Source of the DNA: a virus
Lineage: Duplodnaviria > Heunggongvirae > Uroviricota > Caudoviricetes
Reading direction: 5' to 3' (one strand)
Length of the DNA: 64,000 nt
Virus record (IMG/VR): IMGVR_UViG_3300048593_000385
The translations under genes and the position numbers were made by a program. Below are positions 54,136 through 62,958 of the stretch, piece after piece (position 1 is the stretch's first letter; each line of letters opens with the position of its first letter). The notes below the pieces were generated by a model. The model worked only from the letters and a program-made list of their open reading frames with translations. It was not told where the DNA came from and searched no databases.

Positions 54136-55230
54136 TTATACTTTATATTTATTGAAGTAGTCAACGACTTCCATACTACCCGTCGAGACATTGAGCCAAT
54201 CTTGGCGCTGTTCAGGGGAAATGATGGTGATATTTGAAGCATCTTCAAACATCTTGCGTTTCTCGAAAGTTTTTGCCATAACATCAAGTACAGCAGATTC
54301 AACAGCTGGAACTCTCTTGTTGACCGAAGTAGCATTCATAGCGTCGCCAGACTTGCCTGACTTCTTGTAGATTTCACCAGTCTTTGATTGTGCGATTTGA
54401 TCAGCACCACCCATTGAAGTGTCAGTCATGCAACCTTCACTTTCTTCCTTGGCAAGTTTTCTAACTGCAGTCAAAACGCCCAAAGAACGCTTTACAGCTT
54501 TGGCATCTTCTTTTTCGCCAGCAGATGAATCTGTGTCGCCACGCTCGCCTTGCTCGAATCCACCCTTAGAAGCCAAATTGCTGATCGACTTTTCGCTGCT
54601 AGGAGCTAGGGATTTGATCACATAAGAATTGAGAGTTCCCTTCGACAATTCGTCAAGTTCTTCAGCTTCTTCCTTGGTCAGTTTATTAACAGCGAGTTTA
54701 ATACCCTTTTCGCGCTTGCCCATGTCCTTAAAGTTCTTGCTCGACTTTTCGTCTGCAGCAATCTTCAGGCCAGCTGTAACACCTTGACTGCCCATTTTTG
54801 TGGCAGCCTTGTTGATATAACGACCCATTGTATCCTTTGAAAGTTCATCAATCTGTTCTGCGTCTTCTTTGGTCAACTTCTTGACAGCAGTTTCAATACC
54901 TCTATGGCGCTTGTCGAGCTTTTTGCCTAAAGATGCGACATGCTTTGGGTTAGCGGCCACATCAGCTTCTTTGTGACCTTGTCTCCAAGCAGTTAGATCA
55001 ATAGAGTTTTTTGCTTTATTGATATAGCGACCAAGTGTTGGCTTTGAGATCTCATCAAGATCTTCAACTTCTTCAGCAACTTTGTTCTTACCACGAAGAA
55101 GTTTGAAGTCATGAGCATCAACCTTGCCATTCTTGTTGGCATCAATCTTATGCTGATTACCTTTTAGTTCATCGATCTGCTCGAACTTCGCTCGAGCCTC
55201 CGACAACTTCATTTTAATGAATTCTGACAT
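54136..55230 (-). CDS. Lysine-rich protein with three about 65-aa ELDELSK-TLG-YI-KA repeats (family member 1)
   Basis: 364 aa. Repeats EDLDEISKPTLGRYINKA / EQIDELSKDTMGRYINKA / EELDELSKGTLNSYVIKS, each ending in AV-KLTKEE. TATAAATA late promoter at 55255-55262. Confidence 0.5.
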   Translation of the reverse strand: MSEFIKMKLSEARAKFEQIDELKGNQHKIDANKNGKVDAHDFKLLRGKNKVAEEVEDLDEISKPTLGRYINKAKNSIDLTAWRQGHKEADVAANPKHVASLGKKLDKRHRGIETAVKKLTKEDAEQIDELSKDTMGRYINKAATKMGSQGVTAGLKIAADEKSSKNFKDMGKREKGIKLAVNKLTKEEAEELDELSKGTLNSYVIKSLAPSSEKSISNLASKGGFEQGERGDTDSSAGEKEDAKAVKRSLGVLTAVRKLAKEESEGCMTDTSMGGADQIAQSKTGEIYKKSGKSGDAMNATSVNKRVPAVESAVLDVMAKTFEKRKMFEDASNITIISPEQRQDWLNVSTGSMEVVDYFNKYKV

Positions 55231-55254
55231 GTTATTCTCCCAAATTTTATTATC

Positions 55255-55262
55255 TATTTATA
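55255..55262 (-). promoter_or_regulatory. T4-type late promoter TATAAATA
   Basis: Minus strand reads TATAAATAG about 25 nt upstream of the ATG at 55230. Confidence 0.45.
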
Positions 55263-55282
55263 ATTATCGGTATCTTATGATC

Positions 55283-56692
55283 TCAACGATACTTGGGCAT
55301 GCCATAATCACCACTGTCTTTGTGGGCAGGTGTTGGCTCGGAAACAGCTTTTACGAATGCATCATGCGAAGCACTGGCTTTCTTTTGGAACGCAGCTTTA
55401 TCTTGAGTCGTTCTGCGAGCAGCCATGTGATCATTAAATGCAGTAATATGTCTTGGGTGAATCTCATGTTTTTTGCCATCATCAAATTCTACATGAGAAT
55501 TGATTGATGCTGCTTTGCGAAGTTGCATACCAAGAGCAACTGGCTCTTCTTTTGGCTTACCTGCAGAAGCTGCAGCCTGTTGGCGATGCCAAGCTGCCGA
55601 GCCTTCTTTGGCTGGGCGACCGCGACCTTCTTCGAGTTTCTTAAGAACACCAGTTAAAAATTTGTTTTCTTTCATGACTTCTTCCTTGGTAAGTTTATCA
55701 GCTGCTCTTGTGATTCCTGTTTCGCGATTTTTACGGAGACGCTCTGCTTTGTCGTAAGTTGCTTGGTTGAATCTTTTGCCAAAGTGTCCTGTTTCACTAT
55801 CGCCTTGATATGCAGCGATTTTTGTCAGAGGAAGATTCTTTGGTGACATTACATTCTTTGGCTGTTCAGCACCAGATGCCTTCTTGATATATGAACCAAG
55901 AGTTCCCTTTGACAATTCGTCAAGTTCTTCAGCTTCTTCCTTGACAGCATTCTGACGAAGACTCTTGTAACGACGGACAGCAGCTTTTCGCTCAGAAGAA
56001 CCACCAGGAGTTTTTAGAAGATCAGCATACGCCTTCTTGATTTCTGGATTTGTCACACCTTCATCAATTTCAACTTCTTCGTTGGTTTTCTTGGCCTTCT
56101 CAATTGTTCTGAGCGCACGGGCAGTGCTCTTCATATCTTTGTTCATCTTACCAAAAGACTGCGGCTTCTTTAACTTGCTAGATTTGCCATCTGGACTGAT
56201 ATCGTAATCTCTTTCACGCTTTCCTTTTAGATAGCGATGAGCCATATCAGAAGAAATCTCATCCATCTGCTCAACTTCTTCATTTGCTGGGAGGTGTGGA
56301 GTCACCTTAAACTTATGAAGTGGACCATTGGCATTTTTTCCACTCTTGTTGTATGCACGGATGTGAACGCTCGCGCCATCATTTTTTGTTACGGTGCCAT
56401 AATGTTTGTCGCCAGTTCCTGGAAGATAGTAGTCGACATCATCATTTTTATTCATGTCCTTTGCCATATCAGGATGCATCAAACCATGAGAAGCATAGGC
56501 GCGATGACTATAATTAGCTTCAGCCATATAGTCGTCAAAGTTTTGTTGAAGATGAGACACAGCAGCACCTTCATGCGATGCGCCATGGTCAGCAACAGAG
56601 AAAGATGCCTTGATGTCACCGTCTTTACCTAGGACATGCGAACCTGACTCGTCAGAAAATACTGTTGGTTTCTTAAACATTTGTGTCTCCAT
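55283..56692 (-). CDS. Lysine-rich ELDELSK-repeat protein (family member 2)
   Basis: 469 aa. Contains EEAEELDELSKGTLGSYIKKA and EVEQMDEISSDMAHRYLKGK repeats homologous to those in 54136-55230. Confidence 0.5.
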   Translation of the reverse strand: METQMFKKPTVFSDESGSHVLGKDGDIKASFSVADHGASHEGAAVSHLQQNFDDYMAEANYSHRAYASHGLMHPDMAKDMNKNDDVDYYLPGTGDKHYGTVTKNDGASVHIRAYNKSGKNANGPLHKFKVTPHLPANEEVEQMDEISSDMAHRYLKGKRERDYDISPDGKSSKLKKPQSFGKMNKDMKSTARALRTIEKAKKTNEEVEIDEGVTNPEIKKAYADLLKTPGGSSERKAAVRRYKSLRQNAVKEEAEELDELSKGTLGSYIKKASGAEQPKNVMSPKNLPLTKIAAYQGDSETGHFGKRFNQATYDKAERLRKNRETGITRAADKLTKEEVMKENKFLTGVLKKLEEGRGRPAKEGSAAWHRQQAAASAGKPKEEPVALGMQLRKAASINSHVEFDDGKKHEIHPRHITAFNDHMAARRTTQDKAAFQKKASASHDAFVKAVSEPTPAHKDSGDYGMPKYR

Positions 56693-57129
56693 TACTTTAC
56701 TGTGGCTCTAAGCATCCAGCCATGCTTGTTGTGAATATCTAGGCGATCCTGCATAAAGTTCTCAATGCCCTTATGCTTTGGATCTTTTCCTGCTTCTGCG
56801 ATCGCAGCAATAACAGAATCAATTACCTTGTCGTTATCAGACAACAGTGTTTTGATCATGGCGCGAGCATCAGGAACAGTTTCAATTGTGCCAATTGTTG
56901 ATAATTCTTGGAAACGCTTATAGCTTCCTGGAGCATATTCATCAAGAGTGCGAATGTGCTCTGCGATTGCATCCACAGCACCAAAAACTTCGCTGTAGAG
57001 AGTTTCGAACAATGCATGATATTGTGGGAAATTATCCCCTTCTACGTTCCAGTGAAAGTAGTGAGATTTCAAATAGAATGTAAAGCTGTCCGCTAAGACA
57101 ACCTTTAGTTTGTCACCCAGTGTGCTCAT
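56692..57129 (-). CDS. dps: Dps (DNA-binding ferritin-like protein)
   Basis: 145 aa. FYLKSHYFHWNVEGDNFPQYHALFETLYSEVFGAVDAIAEHIRTLD matches the Dps ferroxidase-centre helix pattern (H..W.V.G..F...H..FEE.Y ... D.IAER). Confidence 0.8.
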   Translation of the reverse strand: MSTLGDKLKVVLADSFTFYLKSHYFHWNVEGDNFPQYHALFETLYSEVFGAVDAIAEHIRTLDEYAPGSYKRFQELSTIGTIETVPDARAMIKTLLSDNDKVIDSVIAAIAEAGKDPKHKGIENFMQDRLDIHNKHGWMLRATVK

Positions 57130-59120
57130 TTCTTGCCTTCCATAATTGCCTTGACTCTGTCTGTCAGAGATTCCTCAGAGACAGTATCAACTTTGGCATG
57201 TTTCTTTGCTTTTTCTAGAGCCGAATCAGCAAGTCTCCAATATTTAACGTGGTATCCATCGGAAGATTTATAACCGACTTGCTTACCGTTTTCTGAATAT
57301 GGCTTTACATATGGAGTTGCTTTGGCTTCTTTAATTGCTTCAATCTCGCTGGCTTTCAGATGAAGATTAGAACCATGTTTGTCAGTAGCAACTACGTAGC
57401 TGTCGCTAGCAGCATCATACATGTCGATGTTACCCTTACCAGTGTATCCATCTTTCTTGATCATTACTCGATCGCCACGATGAAATTGACCAGCCTTTTG
57501 TGTATGACCTTCGTCACCATCATCATATTCGATTTCTTCGCAGTTCCAAGCACGACGAGACCAGTAGTTGGCCGAAGACTTGTCAGTCAGATTGCCTTGA
57601 CCGCCAGAACGAGCGCAATATGATTTCTTGCGAGCAGGAATATTCTTTTTAATGCTGAGAGTCTTGTCGCCGAAGTTTACCTTCTTAGCTTTGCCGTCAC
57701 CATCTGGATCGACATAGACCTTTGACTTCTTAACATCGCCAGCCATTGGCTTGTTTAGAGGAACTTTCTTGCCTTGATATGTGGCTTCATCAATCTCGAC
57801 TTCTTCTTTCGGAACACAATTAGGAACGGTCTTGCCGTTTTTCTTCTTGGTGCCTACAGGCTCGTAGCCTTTCCAGCAAGGATTATCGGTGCGCAGACTT
57901 TCACGAACAGGCTTAAACTTCTTGGTCTTTTCAGCAGTTGTTGGAATGCCATCCATAGATTGGTTGGCGCTGCCTGATTCGCCAGTTTCGCCGTTAGCAA
58001 TATCAGCAGCGAACAATCCCTCTGCCTTGATTCTCTTGCCACCGATGCGGCTAGTCTTCATTGCTTGTGTTGTTGGAGCATTTGACTCTGGAGCTTTTGG
58101 TGTATCTAAAGCACCTGTTCCCTCAATGTCATCATAACCCTCAAGGAAACCAGCCGACAGTTGGCGCTTCTTAGATCTACGACGCATTAGCTCAAAATTA
58201 GTCTGGTCGCTATCATCTTTTTTGTTCGAATCAAGACCAATATTGCCTTTGTCCTCAGGAGGTGGCAATTTGTTCAGTGGTGATTTCTTGCCGATGAAGT
58301 CACGAGCAGTTCTGGTTGGAATGGCAGGGACAGGATATCCACTTGCATCGCCACCAGCTTCGTTCATAGGTTTTGCTGTATTCAGACCCATACCATTATG
58401 AAGGTCGTCATATAGTTCTTTGGCATGTTTATCTGACACGTGTGACGGAACAGCATTTGTGCGGAATTTCTTATAATCCCCTGCTTCAACTGTTTCTCTG
58501 CTCTTTGTTCCAGACCATCCTGCAGCACCAGTGGCAGCGGCATCGCGCTGTTCTCCAGCAGCAACTACGCTGATTTTCGGAAAATTGAAATATCCATGTT
58601 TGCCAGCTTCGCCATTGTATCTGTTCAGCAATCTTTCGTATTCAGATACGCGATCCGATCCAGCAACAACCATAAGGTGCTTGTGCCCCTTTTGGTGAAG
58701 TTCAGCAGCTTGGCTAAGGAGATTTGGTCTTTCCTCAGAAGCCATTTGAATGTTTGCTTTAGGGAAAAATCTTTTGGCGTGCTTTAGTTTTTGATCAGGC
58801 GTCAAAGGATTGCGAACGCCAGAGCCTGTCTTTTTCTTGATGACATCATGCGAACGAGTAAGTATAATATGGTGAGGTGCGCCATGAGCCTTAGCTAGTT
58901 GCATTGCTTTGTCGACAACAATACCATGAGAAGGTGTAGGAGGAGACATGCGCATCGGCGCAAGAACAACTGGTTTGTCACCTGGAGCTGATGGATCAAC
59001 AGATTCATTCTGTGTTGCACGGCTGACGATAACCTCGTTAGGAGTCTTGCCAGTAAGAGTCACATCTCTTTTTGGCTCTAACCCTAACTTTGCTCTAATT
59101 TTATTAAGAAACTGACCCAT
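57126..59120 (-). CDS. Large lysine-rich protein with N-terminal HxGH-type nucleotidyltransferase-like domain
   Basis: 664 aa. The N-terminal VVLAPMRMSPPTPSHGIVVD (HIGH-like) and the later ISVVAAGEQRD (ISST-like) resemble the cytidylyl/adenylyltransferase alpha/beta fold. The long C-terminal region is Lys/Gly/Asp-rich. Confidence 0.4.
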   Translation of the reverse strand: MGQFLNKIRAKLGLEPKRDVTLTGKTPNEVIVSRATQNESVDPSAPGDKPVVLAPMRMSPPTPSHGIVVDKAMQLAKAHGAPHHIILTRSHDVIKKKTGSGVRNPLTPDQKLKHAKRFFPKANIQMASEERPNLLSQAAELHQKGHKHLMVVAGSDRVSEYERLLNRYNGEAGKHGYFNFPKISVVAAGEQRDAAATGAAGWSGTKSRETVEAGDYKKFRTNAVPSHVSDKHAKELYDDLHNGMGLNTAKPMNEAGGDASGYPVPAIPTRTARDFIGKKSPLNKLPPPEDKGNIGLDSNKKDDSDQTNFELMRRRSKKRQLSAGFLEGYDDIEGTGALDTPKAPESNAPTTQAMKTSRIGGKRIKAEGLFAADIANGETGESGSANQSMDGIPTTAEKTKKFKPVRESLRTDNPCWKGYEPVGTKKKNGKTVPNCVPKEEVEIDEATYQGKKVPLNKPMAGDVKKSKVYVDPDGDGKAKKVNFGDKTLSIKKNIPARKKSYCARSGGQGNLTDKSSANYWSRRAWNCEEIEYDDGDEGHTQKAGQFHRGDRVMIKKDGYTGKGNIDMYDAASDSYVVATDKHGSNLHLKASEIEAIKEAKATPYVKPYSENGKQVGYKSSDGYHVKYWRLADSALEKAKKHAKVDTVSEESLTDRVKAIMEGKK

Positions 59121-59153
59121 ATTTCGCTCTCTTTTTATATATTTATCTATTTA

Positions 59154-60398
59154 TTATTCTGGCGTGTTAGTGGGTTGACTGCGATTCTTTGACATAGCAA
59201 AGTTCGCAGCACTAAATGCTGGCTTTCCAGGTTCATCTTGGCGGCGAACAAACTTGGATATGTTATTGTCTTTATCAACAGAAACAAATCCTTCAGGTCC
59301 AGACTTCTGTCCGCCTAAAGAATATCCATATTGCTTGTTGTTTTCCAAAGAATTGATCAGAGTGTTCTTGGCTTTCTGCAGGTGATTGTGCAGTCTCAAT
59401 GCTCGCTCAATGTGCGGCTTGTTTACTTGAATATGTGCCAATCTTTGATCAAGCAGAGCTCTCTTGCGGTCTATAGCCGAAGGAGTTTTGAGTTTGGCAA
59501 TAGCCTTTTCTTCTTTTTCTCTGACATGACGCATGAAACCAGCATGAGTCGGAGCACCATTTTGCCTAATCTCATGGTTCAAATATGTTCCGATAGCATC
59601 AGCATGCTGACCAACAGCATCATGGCCATGCTTAGGCATTGCTTGAAATTCTTTTTCAGCAGAATTCATATGATCAAGAAACTTCAATTTCTCTTCATCA
59701 GAATAGTGAGAAGAGTCAACAGGAACCTTGGTCGAAATTACGTGGACATCTGAATGGGATTTGAATCTAGCCAAGTTTGGCATGAATTTCGGACTCATTC
59801 CAGCAAGAGTATTAGTGCCATCGCCTTGATATTCAGTATGCGTTGACACACCAATCTTTGCGTTAGAAACCTTCTTGCCCTCTGTAGAGTTTTTGTCTAC
59901 ATCGTATTTCAAGGTGTTTGGAGTGAAGGAATAAGTTTTACCTTCATCCTGCACATCAGGTTTAGTATACATAACATCGCCCTGATACACCTTATTTCCA
60001 GGAGTAACTTTAGGCAGATGCTCTAGAGCTGCGTTCATCTTCTCGACCAGACCAGGAGCATGACCGTGATTACGTTCAATATCTTCTGGTGTATAGTTTA
60101 TCTTTGGTGTCTTGTTGCCGATTGCTTTGGTTGCAACAAAGAATTTGCCATTTTCGGGATTTGTGCCCCAAACCAATGATGGACTGCCATCATCTTTTCT
60201 TCCGACTTTAACATCAGAAGGAAGTCCACGCATCGCATTGTGCATGCCAATGAGGTGTTTGACTGCATGGCGATAGCCATCTGCTCCATGCATATACGAA
60301 TAATCTTCGACATGAGTCGTATGCCCATGCACTTTACCCGAAGGCTCTTCGGTTTGTTGAGGAGCCTCCTCGGCAAACAATAGATTAAACTTTTTCAT
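59154..60398 (-). CDS. Hypothetical His/Lys-rich protein
   Basis: 414-aa ORF preceded by a TATAAATA late promoter at 60427-60434. Confidence 0.5.
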   Translation of the reverse strand: MKKFNLLFAEEAPQQTEEPSGKVHGHTTHVEDYSYMHGADGYRHAVKHLIGMHNAMRGLPSDVKVGRKDDGSPSLVWGTNPENGKFFVATKAIGNKTPKINYTPEDIERNHGHAPGLVEKMNAALEHLPKVTPGNKVYQGDVMYTKPDVQDEGKTYSFTPNTLKYDVDKNSTEGKKVSNAKIGVSTHTEYQGDGTNTLAGMSPKFMPNLARFKSHSDVHVISTKVPVDSSHYSDEEKLKFLDHMNSAEKEFQAMPKHGHDAVGQHADAIGTYLNHEIRQNGAPTHAGFMRHVREKEEKAIAKLKTPSAIDRKRALLDQRLAHIQVNKPHIERALRLHNHLQKAKNTLINSLENNKQYGYSLGGQKSGPEGFVSVDKDNNISKFVRRQDEPGKPAFSAANFAMSKNRSQPTNTPE

Positions 60399-60426
60399 GC
60401 ATTATTCCTTACTGTGTCCACAGCTC

Positions 60427-60434
60427 TATTTATA
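60427..60434 (-). promoter_or_regulatory. T4-type late promoter TATAAATA
   Basis: Minus strand reads TTATTATAAATAGAG 29 nt upstream of the ATG at 60398. Confidence 0.45.
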
Positions 60435-60460
60435 ATAAAAAAGGACAAGGAGTTTCCCCC

Positions 60461-61573
60461 TTATCCTAGTTTGAACGCACCAGCCATACCTTTGTGTGGA
60501 CCAGATGTGGCTTTGAAAATTTGGGATGCGACTTTCGTTGGCTTGCCCGTTTCCTTATGGGTTCCCCAAATTTCAGAAGAGATACCTCTGCCTTGTTTTA
60601 CATGTAAGTGCGCAAATTTATCCAGATGTTCGTTGGCAATATCTGCAGCATTATGGATCAGAGGAACTGCAGAACCATCGGATTGAACGTGGCCATGAGC
60701 AACAATATGCGGATATACAGTTGGAGCAGAAACTTGGCTCACTATATGTCTACGCAAATGAGCATCTTGGAGTTCTGGATTGTGTTGGTCTCTGCTCAAC
60801 CCCTGTTCATGCATTCTTGCCATTCTCTGTCTGGCATCAAGAGAAGAAGCTTCTGCAGCAGCAACCTTTGCCTGCACTTCAGGATCCTCAGACTTCAAGT
60901 CTTGCTTGTACTGAGCATGTCTTTCTTTCTTTGATCCTTCGTAGCCCAACTCTGTCATTTTAGAATCATGGTCTCGAGCTATTCTCGTGTAAGAACCTTT
61001 GGCATGACCAGCCTGAGATTCTAATGATTCTAATCCAGAGTTGCGGAAATTTGGTTGCTTTTCTGAACCATATTTTGCCGAAATAGGAATAAAGTTTCGT
61101 TCGCCAGCAGCATTCGTTGTGGTCGCGATAATGTCAGCGTTTGAGTTGACATCTTTGATTCCTGTTGTTTTTTCGTGGTCACCTGCTTTTTTATCTGTGT
61201 CAGCATTAGAAGTCCAGCTGACATCAGCAATCTTGTGACCTCCTGATCCACCAAGCATTCCCTGCCTACCGAGATGGTCTTTTACTGCATCAGCAGTTGC
61301 TCGCGCATGCTCGTGCAACTCATTATATGCTTCCTCGCCAATCTTTTCTCGAAGTCGATCGTGGACTTGCTGGGGAGTTCCGCCGTATTCTTCGTTCTCA
61401 GAACGATGGTGAGAGGGCAATTGTTTCTTACTATCATCTGTGTGTGACATATGATGTGCCAAAAGCAACTCAAACATTTTGCCTTTGTCATCATTTGATA
61501 CTTTAGATGTGGCGGAGAGACTTGGTTTTCTCGCCTCATCCAGATAGTGTTTGTATTCTTTAAAAGATAACAT
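60461..61573 (-). CDS. Hypothetical His/Lys-rich protein (possible paralog of 59154-60398)
   Basis: 370-aa ORF of similar composition, with a TATAAATA late promoter at 61599-61606. Confidence 0.5.
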   Translation of the reverse strand: MLSFKEYKHYLDEARKPSLSATSKVSNDDKGKMFELLLAHHMSHTDDSKKQLPSHHRSENEEYGGTPQQVHDRLREKIGEEAYNELHEHARATADAVKDHLGRQGMLGGSGGHKIADVSWTSNADTDKKAGDHEKTTGIKDVNSNADIIATTTNAAGERNFIPISAKYGSEKQPNFRNSGLESLESQAGHAKGSYTRIARDHDSKMTELGYEGSKKERHAQYKQDLKSEDPEVQAKVAAAEASSLDARQRMARMHEQGLSRDQHNPELQDAHLRRHIVSQVSAPTVYPHIVAHGHVQSDGSAVPLIHNAADIANEHLDKFAHLHVKQGRGISSEIWGTHKETGKPTKVASQIFKATSGPHKGMAGAFKLG

Positions 61574-61598
61574 AAGTCCCCCAGGATCGCATTTTTAT

Positions 61599-61606
61599 TA
61601 TTTATA
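61599..61606 (-). promoter_or_regulatory. T4-type late promoter TATAAATA
   Basis: Minus strand reads TTTATAAATAATAAAAATG 26 nt upstream of the ATG at 61573. Confidence 0.45.
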
Positions 61607-62249
61607 AAATCCAGGAAGGTGCCTCTCTCTTTTTCCAGGCATGCATTCTAGCTTTGCCGATTTTGTAGTAGTTTCGATAGTTCGTAACGGGATCTTTGCT
61701 GATGATATACTCCTGATCCATACAAGATGGCATTTCGGTCATATCATATTCAGTCAGATTTAAAGGAGGAGACTGAAGCATATAGCCCAGTTTCTCTATA
61801 GTTTTGTGCGTTTTCCCGTAACGATAGCTATACTCAGAACCAAGAGCAAGAAGATGATCGGCGAGCCAAACATAATTGCAAACAGACTCACGACACCAAA
61901 CAGCGCTAGGGTGATTAATATGAGTTGCATTATACATGACATCATTTCGGTTATCATCAAGCACCCAAACTTTCTTTTTTCTGAGTTTGTCTGTCGAAGG
62001 AACACGATATGTCACCTCGACAGGAGCACCGTCAAGCACACGATGAGCAGTGGAGAGAAGCTGTGCCGACTCAAGAATCATCTTGACGACATGCTTGTCA
62101 ACCATCCACTCAGCGCATTGCTTGGGATCTTCATGAAGATAGAAGATATTCATATTTATATCACTCGTATGCGTATGCAACGATGTCTTGCACAATATCT
62201 GAGGTTCTACGATAATTGGGATGCACCCTATCTTTGGTAGGAATACCAA
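61602..62249 (-). CDS. Hypothetical protein
   Basis: 215-aa ORF. Start uncertain; there is an internal MNIFYLHEDPKQCAEWMV candidate start. Confidence 0.45.
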   Translation of the reverse strand: MVFLPKIGCIPIIVEPQILCKTSLHTHTSDINMNIFYLHEDPKQCAEWMVDKHVVKMILESAQLLSTAHRVLDGAPVEVTYRVPSTDKLRKKKVWVLDDNRNDVMYNATHINHPSAVWCRESVCNYVWLADHLLALGSEYSYRYGKTHKTIEKLGYMLQSPPLNLTEYDMTEMPSCMDQEYIISKDPVTNYRNYYKIGKARMHAWKKREAPSWIL

Positions 62250-62580
62250 TAGCGCCTAGATCTACAATGGCATCAGGGAACTGTTGTGCAACCTTGCGAA
62301 TCGCAGCTGCTGCTTTTCGGTCATATGGTAGAATCCACACAACAAAGCCAACGTCTAATGATTCGCGAAGCTTCAGCGCATTCTGATAGTTGCGAGGATT
62401 CATAGGAGCATTAGAGCCCATAGAGATTACCGCATGACCGCCTACCTTGGTGCCAGAAAACTTCTTGACAATAAAATCAGTATCAGCGCCAACCTTGGCA
62501 TAGATGCCACAGCTAGGTTCATACTTCTGTAAACCAACAGCGATACTGTCGCCGATATAAACACAATCCATCATGGCCAC
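62161..62580 (-). CDS. SGNH/GDSL-like hydrolase (short)
   Basis: 139 aa. The N-terminal VYIGDSIAVG matches GDSL block I. It overlaps the previous ORF in another frame. Confidence 0.4.
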   Translation of the reverse strand: MAMMDCVYIGDSIAVGLQKYEPSCGIYAKVGADTDFIVKKFSGTKVGGHAVISMGSNAPMNPRNYQNALKLRESLDVGFVVWILPYDRKAAAAIRKVAQQFPDAIVDLGAIGIPTKDRVHPNYRRTSDIVQDIVAYAYE

Positions 62581-62639
62581 ATTTCCTTATCATTTAACAT
62601 TTCATCACGTTCTTCGGGAGAAACCCGACTAACAATTAC

Positions 62640-62668
62640 ACTATACGCTGTATATGAAATTAAAGCAA
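62640..62668 (-). promoter_or_regulatory. Early promoter cassette copy 15 (TTGCTT-17-TATAGT)
   Basis: Minus strand reads TTTGTGCTTGCTTTAATTTCATATACAGCGTATAGTGTAATTG. Confidence 0.5.
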
Positions 62669-62691
62669 GCACAAAAAGAAAGAGATATGTA

Positions 62692-62958
62692 TTACTTGTC
62701 ATAATTCACCTTGTGGACATATTCCATCGCCTTCTCTGGCCCCCATTCTACAAGATATGGATGGTCTTCGAAAAACAGAACAGGAATTTCTTCATCTCCG
62801 ATCTCTCGACAACCAACGATATTCTCGTCAATATGAAGCTGACCAAACTCATCTGCCTCGTTCATAGTGACAGTGTCTTTGGCATGTTCAGCGCTGTCAC
62901 AATCCACAACATAACGAATACGAAACATTGAAACTGTTTCAACAAGATATTTCGGCAT
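62692..62958 (-). CDS. Hypothetical protein
   Basis: 88-aa ORF. Confidence 0.4.
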   Translation of the reverse strand: MPKYLVETVSMFRIRYVVDCDSAEHAKDTVTMNEADEFGQLHIDENIVGCREIGDEEIPVLFFEDHPYLVEWGPEKAMEYVHKVNYDK

